DNA of 64,000 nt from an uncultured virus (IMG/VR IMGVR_UViG_3300020469_000014) (taxonomy: Duplodnaviria > Heunggongvirae > Uroviricota > Caudoviricetes): positions 1 to 64,000 of IMG/VR virus record IMGVR_UViG_3300020469_000014; one strand, 5' to 3'. The notes below the pieces were generated by a model that made no database searches, was not told the origin of the DNA, and was given only the letters and a program-made list of their open reading frames with translations. The position numbers were made by a program, and so were the translations under genes. The first letter of the stretch is position 1, and the number at the start of each line of letters is the position of its first letter. This document shows, in pieces, positions 1-7,724 of this stretch.

Positions 1-188
1 CCATCACCGAATTCTGGTATAGCAGTTCCATCGTTACGATAGAATTCTCCTAATTCTGTTGAAGCAGCACTAACTTTAGAAAAAAGTAGCATCCCTTCTG
101 CATCTCTTCTGAGTGCATACACGAAAAAACCCGACGATTCGGAGGGGTCAAACTGTCCAGAAATAGAATTACTTAGCGTAAGTGCCAT
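1..188 (-). CDS. Virion structural protein, 5' part (runs off window start)
   Basis: Manual translation from ATG at 188: MALTLSNSISGQFDPSESSGFFVYALRRDAEGMLLF..., open to position 1; directly follows the 191..649 gene in the late operon. Confidence 0.7.
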   Translation of the reverse strand, partial: MALTLSNSISGQFDPSESSGFFVYALRRDAEGMLLFSKVSAASTELGEFYRNDGTAIPEFGD

Positions 189-190
189 TT

Positions 191-649
191 TTAACTAGCC
201 CTATTGTTGAATACTTTCCAAAGGGATCCATTCCAAATAAAAGTCACTGACGCACCCGAAACGTCCATGATGAAAGGAGAAGATTCTTTAACTAAATGTC
301 CGTTTTCAAAACTGTATATTGATGTAACGTTAATAGGATGAATGCTAAAGAAGTTAGCAAAATCTTCGATCCATACCCAGTCACCAACCGCACGAGGAGT
401 TGGCATGGCAAGATCAAATCCATCAGGACTATTTTGGGAATCAACAGTATATTTTTGGTTTGTACTCAATGGATAAGTTCCAGATACAAACGTCCATCTT
501 GCTCTAGCAAGTTCAAATCCGCCAGGAGTAGCCCCGTCGTGTACAACAGCCGTATTCTTATCTGTGTCTACTGTTATCTCGGCTAGAGCTCCAGTAAAGT
601 TAAAGTGTTCAGCTGTAGTTCCTTTTCTAAATTGAACCTGCTTGGTCAT
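191..649 (-). CDS. Tail-fibre-associated virion protein with Mtd-N/hyaluronidase-like N-terminal anchor
   Basis: N-terminus VQFRKGTTAEH..FTGALAEITVDTD...VVHDG.TPGG matches the common phage fibre anchor motif; perfect TATAAATA upstream. Confidence 0.75.
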   Translation of the reverse strand: MTKQVQFRKGTTAEHFNFTGALAEITVDTDKNTAVVHDGATPGGFELARARWTFVSGTYPLSTNQKYTVDSQNSPDGFDLAMPTPRAVGDWVWIEDFANFFSIHPINVTSIYSFENGHLVKESSPFIMDVSGASVTFIWNGSLWKVFNNRAS

Positions 650-682
650 GAATCAGATGTCCAATAGTTATGCTTCTCCATT

Positions 683-690
683 TATTTATA
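683..690 (-). promoter_or_regulatory. T4-type late promoter TATAAATA
   Basis: Exact gp55 late consensus 34 nt upstream of ATG 649. Confidence 0.8.
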
Positions 691-694
691 GGAT

Positions 695-3600
695 TTAGAT
701 TATGACAACATAAGTTCTACCTTCTTCGATGACCGCATACTCTGTTTCGGCATTACCAAAGGTGTTAACTTGACCAATTCCAACGTAAGTTGCCCGAGCG
801 AGAGATTCCTTAGATCCAGCAAGTCCTTTGAATCTTCCTTGACTCTCGTACCCAGCAAAGGTAAAGGATTCGACAGCTGATCCACTTGTCTGGTAAAGAA
901 CTGCAACACCAATACCAATCGAAGGTGTGAAATCGACAAATGGGTGTACAAGAGGTGTATTGGAGAATGTAAATGTTCCAGATGTGCCTGGATCTTTGTC
1001 GTCTCCGTAGTATCCAAATACTTGGATTTGTTTTGTAGCACCAACACCAGAGATTGTAGTAATGCCAGATGTGCCTGGATCTCTGTCGTCTCCATAGTAT
1101 CCGTAAACCTGATTGATTTCGGTAAGTGCAGATGCACCCTTGAGATCGAAGAGGACTGTGCCTTCCAGATCGTCCGCTGTAAATCTGACAATAGATGAAC
1201 CAGAGAAGGTAGCAGTACCAACACCAATTTCTCTGAAGAATCCTTGTTCTCTTGCACTTCCAGAGAATGTAACAATACCAGAACCAGTGAAAGCTGGAGT
1301 GTAATCGATGTCTGGATGTGTAAGTTCTCCAGATAATGTGAATGTACCAGATGGAACGAAGTCTTGGAATACTTGGAAGTATCTTGTTTCTGCAACACCT
1401 GTGATATCTGTAAGAATTGATCTTGCAGCAGATGGTTCGACGGTTGCCTCTGCAGCACCACCAAGAATACTGAATGTACCAGAACCTGTTGGAGACAGTC
1501 TGATACCAGTAACAACTCTTTGATCGTTGCTGAGTGTAAGAGTTCCAGATCCGTTGAACTGGCGTTGACGGAAGGCAACACTTTCTCCAGACAGTGTAAT
1601 TGTTGCAGTATCTTCTGGAGTCTGAGCAGAGAAGGATTCTTCTGCCGTTCCGTTGAATATAGAAGTTCCAGCGACAAGTTCTGCAGCAGCTGTTGCTTCT
1701 GCAATACCACCAACTGCGAATAGAGAACCAGAACCAACTTCGACGGATGATGTTGCTTCGTCTTGACCAGAACCACTGTAAGTAAATGTGCCGCCGCCAG
1801 ATGCTTGAACAGATGTTCTCTCGATTGTGAGAATACCACCTTCCTGACGAATAGTGATACCACCAGATGTGCCTGGATCTTTGTCGTCTCCATAGTATCC
1901 AAATACAGAAATTGGTCTTGCTTCTGCACCAGATGTCTGGAAGTCGAATAGGAGAGATCCAGCACCAAATTCTGTTGCAGGGATAAATCTCTCTTTTGCA
2001 CCAAACTCAACACCGTTAAGATCGCCAATTCCATCATCACCAATTTGACCATTGGCCTCAGTACCAATACCGAGAATGTAGATCGTACCATCAGTAAGAA
2101 TAGGAGCGTTGGTACGACCGATTGCCTTACCGTTAAGACTGATAATACCAGAGGTAGGATATTTGGGTACGAACCTTGTGGTAACAATGCCAGGATCTCC
2201 GTACTCTCCTCCAGTACCGCCAGGCAAGAAGGTAAAACCTGTTTCGATACCAATGTTCCTTTCGATACCATAATGAGGTGTGAAGTCGATTTGTGGGTGA
2301 TTGAGTTCTCCACTGAGTCGTAGAGTTGCCTTCTGAGATTGAGAAGCAAAGGCTGCACTGAGATCTGTATATCCACCACCAAAGATGTGTAGGTAAGTTC
2401 CTTCTGGAGGATCGAAGCTCGATCTCTCGATAGATGCTCCAGAGAATGTAGTAATACCAGAAGCGGGTGGAACGATAATCCTTCTGTAGGTTGTAAACCC
2501 AACAGCTTGAGTTTGTTGAAGGGTGATATTTCCAGATCCAACAAAGTCTTTGGTGACACTCTCGTTTGCAGTATCGTAGATATCGAATAGAACAGTTCCT
2601 TCTGGAGTCTGAGCAATGTATCTTTCTTCTGCACCACTAACGAAGTCGAATAGAGATGTTGTACTACTTGCAACTGCAACTCTCTCGACTCCAGTACCAG
2701 ATACGATAAGTGAACCAGAACCAACCCAACTTGGGATGAACTGAGTAATCGTGTCCGAGATCTGTGGGAATACAAGTTTTCCGTATGGGAAACGAGATTC
2801 TGTTGGTGCTGGCTCTGTAATGAATCCAGCATCTTCGTAACCCTGATTGATTTCTTGTGAATTGAAACCAGTGTAGTGTGGATATAAGAATTGATCGTAT
2901 GCAGGTCCGCCAACAGAACTGATGCCAAGTTCACCGTAGTCTTGAGACACAGTGTTGTCATCAAATCCGATACCATATTGACTAGTCTTATCGAAGGAAG
3001 GTAATATCTCAACACCACCAGATCCTTGGTCGTATGTGAGACCACCGTTACTAAAGAGAACGTCTTGAGAGTATCTGTTGAGTTCGTCATCAAATGTTTC
3101 AGTACCAGAAGCCTGTCCAAGTATGTTGAGTCCGAATCCAAAGCTTGGGTCTCCAAGAATACCACCGTAGTTTTCGTTCTCAGTACCAAAGAGTATAGAA
3201 GACTCATTGTAAGAATCTGTATTCTTCTCACCAGATGCCGCACCATTGACGAATAATGTTCCGCCAAACTCGTTTTCTTTGTGTTGTATAACTCTTGCGT
3301 ATGTCTGATTCTCTTCTCTACCCTGACTGAAGGTTCCTGTACCAACACCAGAGATATGTGGTGCAAATACCTGACCAGCAGTACCACCAAGATATGAGTA
3401 GTCTCCCTGTAAGTATGCCTTGGTACTGGATTCAACTGCACCACCGATACTGAATAATGTACCAGATCCTTCTGGTATGACTGGTGTAATAGACTCGTTA
3501 CCAGTACCATTAATTGTAAATTGACCTTCTTCACCAAATACTGTATGTTGTGGAGCCTGTGATAACCATAGTTCTCCAGATATGAATATACCAGCATTGT

Positions 3601-5356
3601 GTGTAGCAATACCAGATTTTCCAGAACTCTCGTATTGAATTGCAGATGCAACGTCGAGATCTTCTGAAAGTAAGAAGGTTGCTGTTCCTGTAAATCCAAC
3701 AGTCTGTCTGGAAAGTGAAGTTTCTCCAAGAGAGAATGTAACTTCTCTGTTGGGGTAGTGTTGACCACCAATCTGAACGTAGTTGAAGTCTGGAAGTAGG
3801 AATCCCCAGTTTTCTGCCGACTTGGGAATAGTCTCGTCGTTTGTATTGATTGGTCCCCAATCTTCGTAAGATTGAGTTGGAGTAGCAGTAATAAGACCCC
3901 AATCGAGCTCTTCTGTTTTTTGATCTCCAAGAGGCGATATCCAAGAAGGAGTGTAAACAGGTGTACCCTGTTGCATCCCTCCAGAGAAATCAAACAGATT
4001 TGTATTCTCGTAGTCCTTGACAAGTACAACATCTGTTGCCGAACCAGAAGTATTGAAGAGGACTGTTCCTTCGTCTCCCTGTTTAACAAGTTTGATACCA
4101 GAAACAGATCCAGTAAGTCTAACAAGTGCCTTTTTAGTATCGGGAAGTAAGACTCTACTTTCAGCACCAGTTCCAGAGATATCAAAGAGAACTGTGTTAT
4201 CAACAGTTGCAGGGACAAATGCCTCATCTGCACTACCAGATATGGCGACTTCACCCTCAAGACCGAAGATTGTACTTTGTGGAGCCTGACTGAAGAAGTT
4301 GGTTCCAGAGAATGTTCCTGTACCAGATCCAGAGTATGCAAAGAGTGATCCTTCTGCAGCAATTCCTTCTTTCTTGAACGTACCAGAACCGTGGTATCCC
4401 CTGACAAATAGATCGTGGCCCCTGACAAAGGTTGACTGATACTCGTCGAAGAAGATCCCACCTTGTAATTTTTGTAATATTACACCGTAATCTTCAGCAG
4501 ATGTAGGTGTATCTAATATACCTCCGTAACTCTCGAATGCTACCTGATCTTCGTCAGAGAATGATCTCTCCTTCGCAAGAGAATCTGTGATAACCTCGTC
4601 AAATGTGACATTGAGATCATCGAAGGATGCTCCTTCTCTAACTGTAATTGTGCCGTTATCTTCTTTCTCGAATACGTCAGACTCTGATCTGGCGTAGTTG
4701 TATATGACTTTCTCAACATCAAATAGTCGGGTATCTCCACCCTTCGCCCTAAAGGCGTTTTTGATAATTGGTAAGTAGGCTTCGTTGTATGGAGTCTGTT
4801 GTTCTCCAGTTACGGATACAGAGCCACTACCATTATAAGAATAAACTTGGTCTAGGTCGTTTGCAGACAGCCCTGACTTGGCAATCGCACCAACACCTAT
4901 GTAATTTCCTCTAGATATAGATTCTTCTGCTGTCCCAGATGGGATGAAGATGACAGCTCCCGCTGCTCCAAGATCTGGTATGACGACTCTTTCGAGACCG
5001 TTACCAAATTCATGAACAGTACCAGTACCAACCCAAGGCACTGCTGCAGATACTAGTGCAGAATCATTAACATCGAATAGGACTGTATTTGCGTTCTCTG
5101 GAATCCACTGAGTTCTTGATCTACCAAACTCGTCTCTTCCGTCTACTACATTTATTGGACCAAACGGTAGCACATCTGATGTATCGTTGATGAGTCCGTG
5201 GTCATTTACAAAGAAGAAATTCTCGTCTCTTTCGGGTTCTACATGTTGATTTATGTCGCCATAGTCAATATTCTCCACTGACGCGACGGTGATATTACCA
5301 CCGTCAAATGTAGTGAATAAATCTATCTTCGTATTGTCGTAGACAAATACTGTCAA
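695..5356 (-). CDS. Large virion structural protein (1553 aa) with internal repeats
   Basis: Long G/S/T/F-rich ORF in the late module; TTG start with GGGGGA upstream; repeats VxGYYGDDxDPGTSG (x3), HPxIDxTP, SQAPQ. Confidence 0.85.
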   Translation of the reverse strand: MTVFVYDNTKIDLFTTFDGGNITVASVENIDYGDINQHVEPERDENFFFVNDHGLINDTSDVLPFGPINVVDGRDEFGRSRTQWIPENANTVLFDVNDSALVSAAVPWVGTGTVHEFGNGLERVVIPDLGAAGAVIFIPSGTAEESISRGNYIGVGAIAKSGLSANDLDQVYSYNGSGSVSVTGEQQTPYNEAYLPIIKNAFRAKGGDTRLFDVEKVIYNYARSESDVFEKEDNGTITVREGASFDDLNVTFDEVITDSLAKERSFSDEDQVAFESYGGILDTPTSAEDYGVILQKLQGGIFFDEYQSTFVRGHDLFVRGYHGSGTFKKEGIAAEGSLFAYSGSGTGTFSGTNFFSQAPQSTIFGLEGEVAISGSADEAFVPATVDNTVLFDISGTGAESRVLLPDTKKALVRLTGSVSGIKLVKQGDEGTVLFNTSGSATDVVLVKDYENTNLFDFSGGMQQGTPVYTPSWISPLGDQKTEELDWGLITATPTQSYEDWGPINTNDETIPKSAENWGFLLPDFNYVQIGGQHYPNREVTFSLGETSLSRQTVGFTGTATFLLSEDLDVASAIQYESSGKSGIATHNAGIFISGELWLSQAPQHTVFGEEGQFTINGTGNESITPVIPEGSGTLFSIGGAVESSTKAYLQGDYSYLGGTAGQVFAPHISGVGTGTFSQGREENQTYARVIQHKENEFGGTLFVNGAASGEKNTDSYNESSILFGTENENYGGILGDPSFGFGLNILGQASGTETFDDELNRYSQDVLFSNGGLTYDQGSGGVEILPSFDKTSQYGIGFDDNTVSQDYGELGISSVGGPAYDQFLYPHYTGFNSQEINQGYEDAGFITEPAPTESRFPYGKLVFPQISDTITQFIPSWVGSGSLIVSGTGVERVAVASSTTSLFDFVSGAEERYIAQTPEGTVLFDIYDTANESVTKDFVGSGNITLQQTQAVGFTTYRRIIVPPASGITTFSGASIERSSFDPPEGTYLHIFGGGYTDLSAAFASQSQKATLRLSGELNHPQIDFTPHYGIERNIGIETGFTFLPGGTGGEYGDPGIVTTRFVPKYPTSGIISLNGKAIGRTNAPILTDGTIYILGIGTEANGQIGDDGIGDLNGVEFGAKERFIPATEFGAGSLLFDFQTSGAEARPISVFGYYGDDKDPGTSGGITIRQEGGILTIERTSVQASGGGTFTYSGSGQDEATSSVEVGSGSLFAVGGIAEATAAAELVAGTSIFNGTAEESFSAQTPEDTATITLSGESVAFRQRQFNGSGTLTLSNDQRVVTGIRLSPTGSGTFSILGGAAEATVEPSAARSILTDITGVAETRYFQVFQDFVPSGTFTLSGELTHPDIDYTPAFTGSGIVTFSGSAREQGFFREIGVGTATFSGSSIVRFTADDLEGTVLFDLKGASALTEINQVYGYYGDDRDPGTSGITTISGVGATKQIQVFGYYGDDKDPGTSGTFTFSNTPLVHPFVDFTPSIGIGVAVLYQTSGSAVESFTFAGYESQGRFKGLAGSKESLARATYVGIGQVNTFGNAETEYAVIEEGRTYVVII
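700..4461 (-). CDS. Putative overprinted ORF in the +1 frame of the 1553-aa gene (1253 aa)
   Basis: No stop for 1253 codons despite 38 TAY codons in that frame; ends 5 nt before the host gene stop; translation unproven. Confidence 0.4.
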   Translation of the reverse strand: MGSSSTSISQPLSGATIYLSGDTTVLVRSRKKELLQKDHSLHTLDLVQEHSLEPTSSVRLHKVQSSVLRVKSPYLVVQMRHLSLQLLITQFSLISLELVLKVESYFPILKRHLLDLLDLFLVSNLLNRETKEQSSSILLVRQQMLYLSRTTRIQICLISLEGCNRVHLFTLLLGYRLLEIKKQKSSIGVLLLLLQLNLTKIGDQSIQTTRLFPSRQKTGDSYFQTSTTFRLVVNTTPTEKLHSLLEKLHFPDRLLDLQEQQPSYFQKISTLHLQFNTRVLENLVLLHTMLVYSYLENYGYHRLHNIQYLVKKVNLQLMVLVTSLLHQSYQKDLVHYSVSVVQLNPVPRHTYRETTHILVVLLVRYLHHISLVLVQEPSVRVEKRIRHTQELYNTKKTSLAEHYSSMVRHLVRRIQILTMSLLYSLVLRTKTTVVFLETQALDSDSTYLDRLLVLKHLMTNSTDTLKTFSLVTVVSHTTKDLVVLRYYLPSIRLVNMVSDLMTTLCLKTTVNLASVLLADLHTINSYIHTTLVSIHKKSIRVTKMLDSLQSQHQQNLVSHTENLYSHRSRTRLLSSSQVGLVLVHLSYLVLESRELQLQVVQHLYSTSLVVQKKDTLLRLQKELFYSISTILQTRVSPKTLLDLEISPFNKLKLLGLQPTEGLSFHPLLVLLHSLEHLSRDRASILQKELTYTSLVVDIQISVQPLLLNLRRQLYDSVENSITHKSTSHLIMVSKGTLVSKQVLPSCLAVLEESTEILALLPQGSYPNILPLVLSVLTVRQSVVPTLLFLLMVRSTFSVLVLRPMVKLVMMELAILTVLSLVQKRDLSLQQNLVLDLSYSTSRHLVQKQDQFLYLDTMETTKIQAHLVVSLFVRKVVFSQSREHLFKHLAAAHLLTVVLVKTKQHHPSKLVLVLYSQLVVLQKQQLLQNLSLELLYSTERQKNPSLLRLQKILQQLHCLEKVLPSVNASSTDLELLHSATIKELLLVSDCLQQVLVHSVFLVVLQRQPSNHLLQDQFLQISQVLQKQDTSKYSKTSFHLVHSHYLENLHIQTSITLQLSLVLVLLHSLEVQENKDSSEKLVLVLLPSLVHLLSDLQRTIWKAQSSSISRVHLHLPKSIRFTDTMETTEIQAHLALLQSLVLVLQNKSKYLDTTETTKIQAHLEHLHSPIHLLYTHLSISHLRLVLVLQFFTRQVDQLSNPLPLLGTRVKEDSKDLLDLRNLSLGQLTLELVKLTPLVMPKQSMRSSKKVELMLS
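978..1906. repeat. Three near-identical ~40-bp coding repeats (about 978-1021, 1065-1105, 1864-1906)
   Basis: ccagatgtgcctggatct(t/c)tgtcgtctcc(a/g)tagtatcc occurs three times; encodes GYYGDDxDPGTSG. Confidence 0.85.
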
Positions 5357-5370
5357 AGGTTTCCCCCGAA

Positions 5371-5406
5371 ATAAAAAGACCCTGCCTTAATTATAAAGCA
5401 GAGTCC
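5371..5406 (-). terminator. Rho-independent terminator-like hairpin
   Basis: Minus strand GACTCTGCTTT-ataatt-AAGGCAGGGTC followed by TTTTATTT. Confidence 0.6.
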
Positions 5407-5415
5407 ACATATTGA

Positions 5416-5422
5416 TATTTAG
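5416..5422 (-). promoter_or_regulatory. Late promoter CTAAATA
   Basis: Cyanophage late-promoter variant in intergenic gap. Confidence 0.55.
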
Positions 5423-5430
5423 TGTTTCTA

Positions 5431-6438
5431 TTAGTCGAGTGCGACGTTTAGAGTAATCTTAATCTGGTCTCCGTTGTTTTGGATGTTGTAAGGACCGTTT
5501 GTGAATCTCTCAGCGTACATGATTGAACTATAGAGAGTTGCAGTATTTAATCCCAACACACCGTTAGATGTAGCACTCATAGATGGAGTTGTTACAAACT
5601 CATCTGCGTTTGGTACTTCAAATACAGTGTAAACATTAGACTCAAGAGTTGTGTTACCAGCACCAGCGTTAACGTAGAGGATATCACCCGCTCTAAGTCC
5701 GTGGTTGGCGAACGTAATCTTACCGAAACTGAATGTGACTGATGGGTCAGTAGCAACCTGAATGTTATCAACCAGAGGTTTGTCTAGGTAGATCGTTCTG
5801 TAAGCTCTATCAATACCGATAATCTTAGTATTAGTTGCGACACCAGAGTTACCAGCAACGAACTGTCCAAGTGTTAAGTCGTCAATACTAACTTGTGGGT
5901 CGATTGTAAGGTAAGAGTTACCGACAACACCGATAGTTGGGTCTGTGTTGTTACCCTTAGTAACAGTAGTTCCGATACCAACACCAGCACCATGAACAAC
6001 ACCCTGTACTGCGACAGGCATGTTATTTGCTCTAGTGACGTAGTAACCGTAGATGTTACCAGCAGGTCCAGTGAAAGTAAATGTTTGTTCTGGATATGTA
6101 GCGGTTGTACCACTACCAACGTTCTTGATAACCCACCTAGATCCATTTAACAGGATACCATACTGCTGGTTATAATCCTGATCTCCTCTGTTGTTTACAC
6201 AGACTGGATAACCAGTATTTGCAGTAGTACCATAACCGTTAACGTTTCCGTCAATGTAGGGTTCAAAGTACGAAGTTGCAGAAGGAACATCGCCCTCAGC
6301 AGGGGTCGTGTTACTTGTAAAAAGTTTTAATACAAGATTTCGGGGTGATGTATCTTCTAAATCTGCGACAAAGTTATTCTGAGCAATCAGATAACGCAGC
6401 GACTCAATTTCACCAATATTAGGAACGAGTAATGCCAT
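5431..6438 (-). CDS. Cyanophage virion structural protein
   Basis: 335-aa ORF (MALLVPNIGE..., AERFTNGPY.IQNNGDQIKIT) typical of this module; TATAAATA at 6482-6489. Confidence 0.8.
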   Translation of the reverse strand: MALLVPNIGEIESLRYLIAQNNFVADLEDTSPRNLVLKLFTSNTTPAEGDVPSATSYFEPYIDGNVNGYGTTANTGYPVCVNNRGDQDYNQQYGILLNGSRWVIKNVGSGTTATYPEQTFTFTGPAGNIYGYYVTRANNMPVAVQGVVHGAGVGIGTTVTKGNNTDPTIGVVGNSYLTIDPQVSIDDLTLGQFVAGNSGVATNTKIIGIDRAYRTIYLDKPLVDNIQVATDPSVTFSFGKITFANHGLRAGDILYVNAGAGNTTLESNVYTVFEVPNADEFVTTPSMSATSNGVLGLNTATLYSSIMYAERFTNGPYNIQNNGDQIKITLNVALD

Positions 6439-6481
6439 TGAAAAACTACCTCTAGGGTCTTAGAACGTTAAGAACTATACT

Positions 6482-6489
6482 TATTTATA
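6482..6489 (-). promoter_or_regulatory. Late promoter TATAAATA
   Basis: Exact consensus overlapping the stop of 6485..7159. Confidence 0.75.
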
Positions 6490-7159
6490 ATTTTAATTTT
6501 AGAGAGATTAGTAACCTTCTAATATTGTTCACGCTTACCACAGTGAAACGGAGAATATCCCCTGCTCCAATAGTAGTCGTCCAATTATTTAGGACATCAT
6601 CAAAGTATTTATCCGAATTGGATAATTGCACTCTCGAACCACCAGTAATACTGGTGAAATTCGGATAATCTGCGAAAGTACATTTTTCTAGTTCAATAAC
6701 AATATCACCAGTCTGATCGGATAAGACTCTGATGTTTTCAATAAGTCCAGTGACATCTATTGTGATTTTGCCTTTGTCACCAGGCTGCATTGGAAGACTG
6801 CCGCTATCAATAACATAGTTTACGGTTCGTGTTAAATCAGCTGCTGCAGCAAGAGCAATAATTACTACATCGTCGTTTGCTGCTGGTGGAGTTGTAAATA
6901 CAACTTGGTCACCAGAAATATTATAATCATTTGCTGGATCTAAGAACAAACCATTTTTAGTAACAATAAGTTGTTGATTATTGTTAGGAGTATATGGTGC
7001 TCCTTGATCATTTAAGTTAAATGTGGTTTCAGTACCATCTTGTACTGGTGTTTTACCAATAATGATGTTACCATATTGGATCGACTTTGAGGGAACCTCA
7101 TAGTCTACACCGACATTATAACTGCCAGGATCGTTAAGAGTGACTAAGTAATCTGCCAT
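6485..7159 (-). CDS. Virion structural protein
   Basis: 224-aa ORF; DGTETTF...NG....P..DY.ISG..V.F..PP fibre/baseplate-type module; coupled to upstream gene. Confidence 0.75.
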   Translation of the reverse strand: MADYLVTLNDPGSYNVGVDYEVPSKSIQYGNIIIGKTPVQDGTETTFNLNDQGAPYTPNNNQQLIVTKNGLFLDPANDYNISGDQVVFTTPPAANDDVVIIALAAAADLTRTVNYVIDSGSLPMQPGDKGKITIDVTGLIENIRVLSDQTGDIVIELEKCTFADYPNFTSITGGSRVQLSNSDKYFDDVLNNWTTTIGAGDILRFTVVSVNNIRRLLISLKLKL

Positions 7160-7494
7160 TATCGTGTTACGCCTGGGATTACAAGAAGGTTTCCTTGTAT
7201 TGGTCTAGTCTTATACGCATTGGGCGATTCTAAAACAAGATCATACACATATCTCCCTCCTTCTATTACAGAAGTAATAGTAGATGCCATTGCAACTTTG
7301 ATCTGTCCATTGACCCTATTGGGGAAAGATACCACAAAAGGAGTGGACTTAGATGCCTCAGGGTGCTTTCTTAGTTGAGCAGATCCACTATATCCTGTTA
7401 GATTTAAAGCGGAAGCATTTTCATTTCTGATAGTAAATGTTGCTTCAAAATCTACACCTTGATCTAAAACTAAGTTGATGTTCCTTGCTGTCAT
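7159..7494 (-). CDS. Small virion protein (Ig-like baseplate/fibre adaptor)
   Basis: NL.LDQG.DF...F...LNLTGY....QLRK...GRYVYD motif common in cyanophage virion genes; ATAAATA at 7516-7522. Confidence 0.75.
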   Translation of the reverse strand: MTARNINLVLDQGVDFEATFTIRNENASALNLTGYSGSAQLRKHPEASKSTPFVVSFPNRVNGQIKVAMASTITSVIEGGRYVYDLVLESPNAYKTRPIQGNLLVIPGVTR

Positions 7495-7514
7495 CTGTCA
7501 AAGGGAGGTTTTAG

Positions 7515-7724
7515 TTATTTATCTAATTTACTCAAAATGAGTTTCATCATATCTTTTAGTTCATCAACATCATCCTTTAGTTTATCCATTTCCTCTGCTT
7601 CTACTAACTTTCTCTCTTTTAATTTGAGGTAGTTATTGTATGCAGTATCATTGCAATTAAGAATTGCACCACTATCTTCATCTCGATAAAGAGAATTACT
7701 ATCTTTCACTTTTACTTTATTCAT
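7515..7724 (-). CDS. Conserved small coiled-coil protein
   Basis: 69 aa, LYRD..SGAILN motif; coupled to the VrlC-like gene. Confidence 0.7.
   Translation of the reverse strand: MNKVKVKDSNSLYRDEDSGAILNCNDTAYNNYLKLKERKLVEAEEMDKLKDDVDELKDMMKLILSKLDK

Noticed and set aside
191..649. Mtd-like N-terminus suggesting a diversity-generating retroelement
   Set aside because: No reverse transcriptase and no adenine-variable template/variable repeat pair seen in the window; the domain is a generic fibre anchor.
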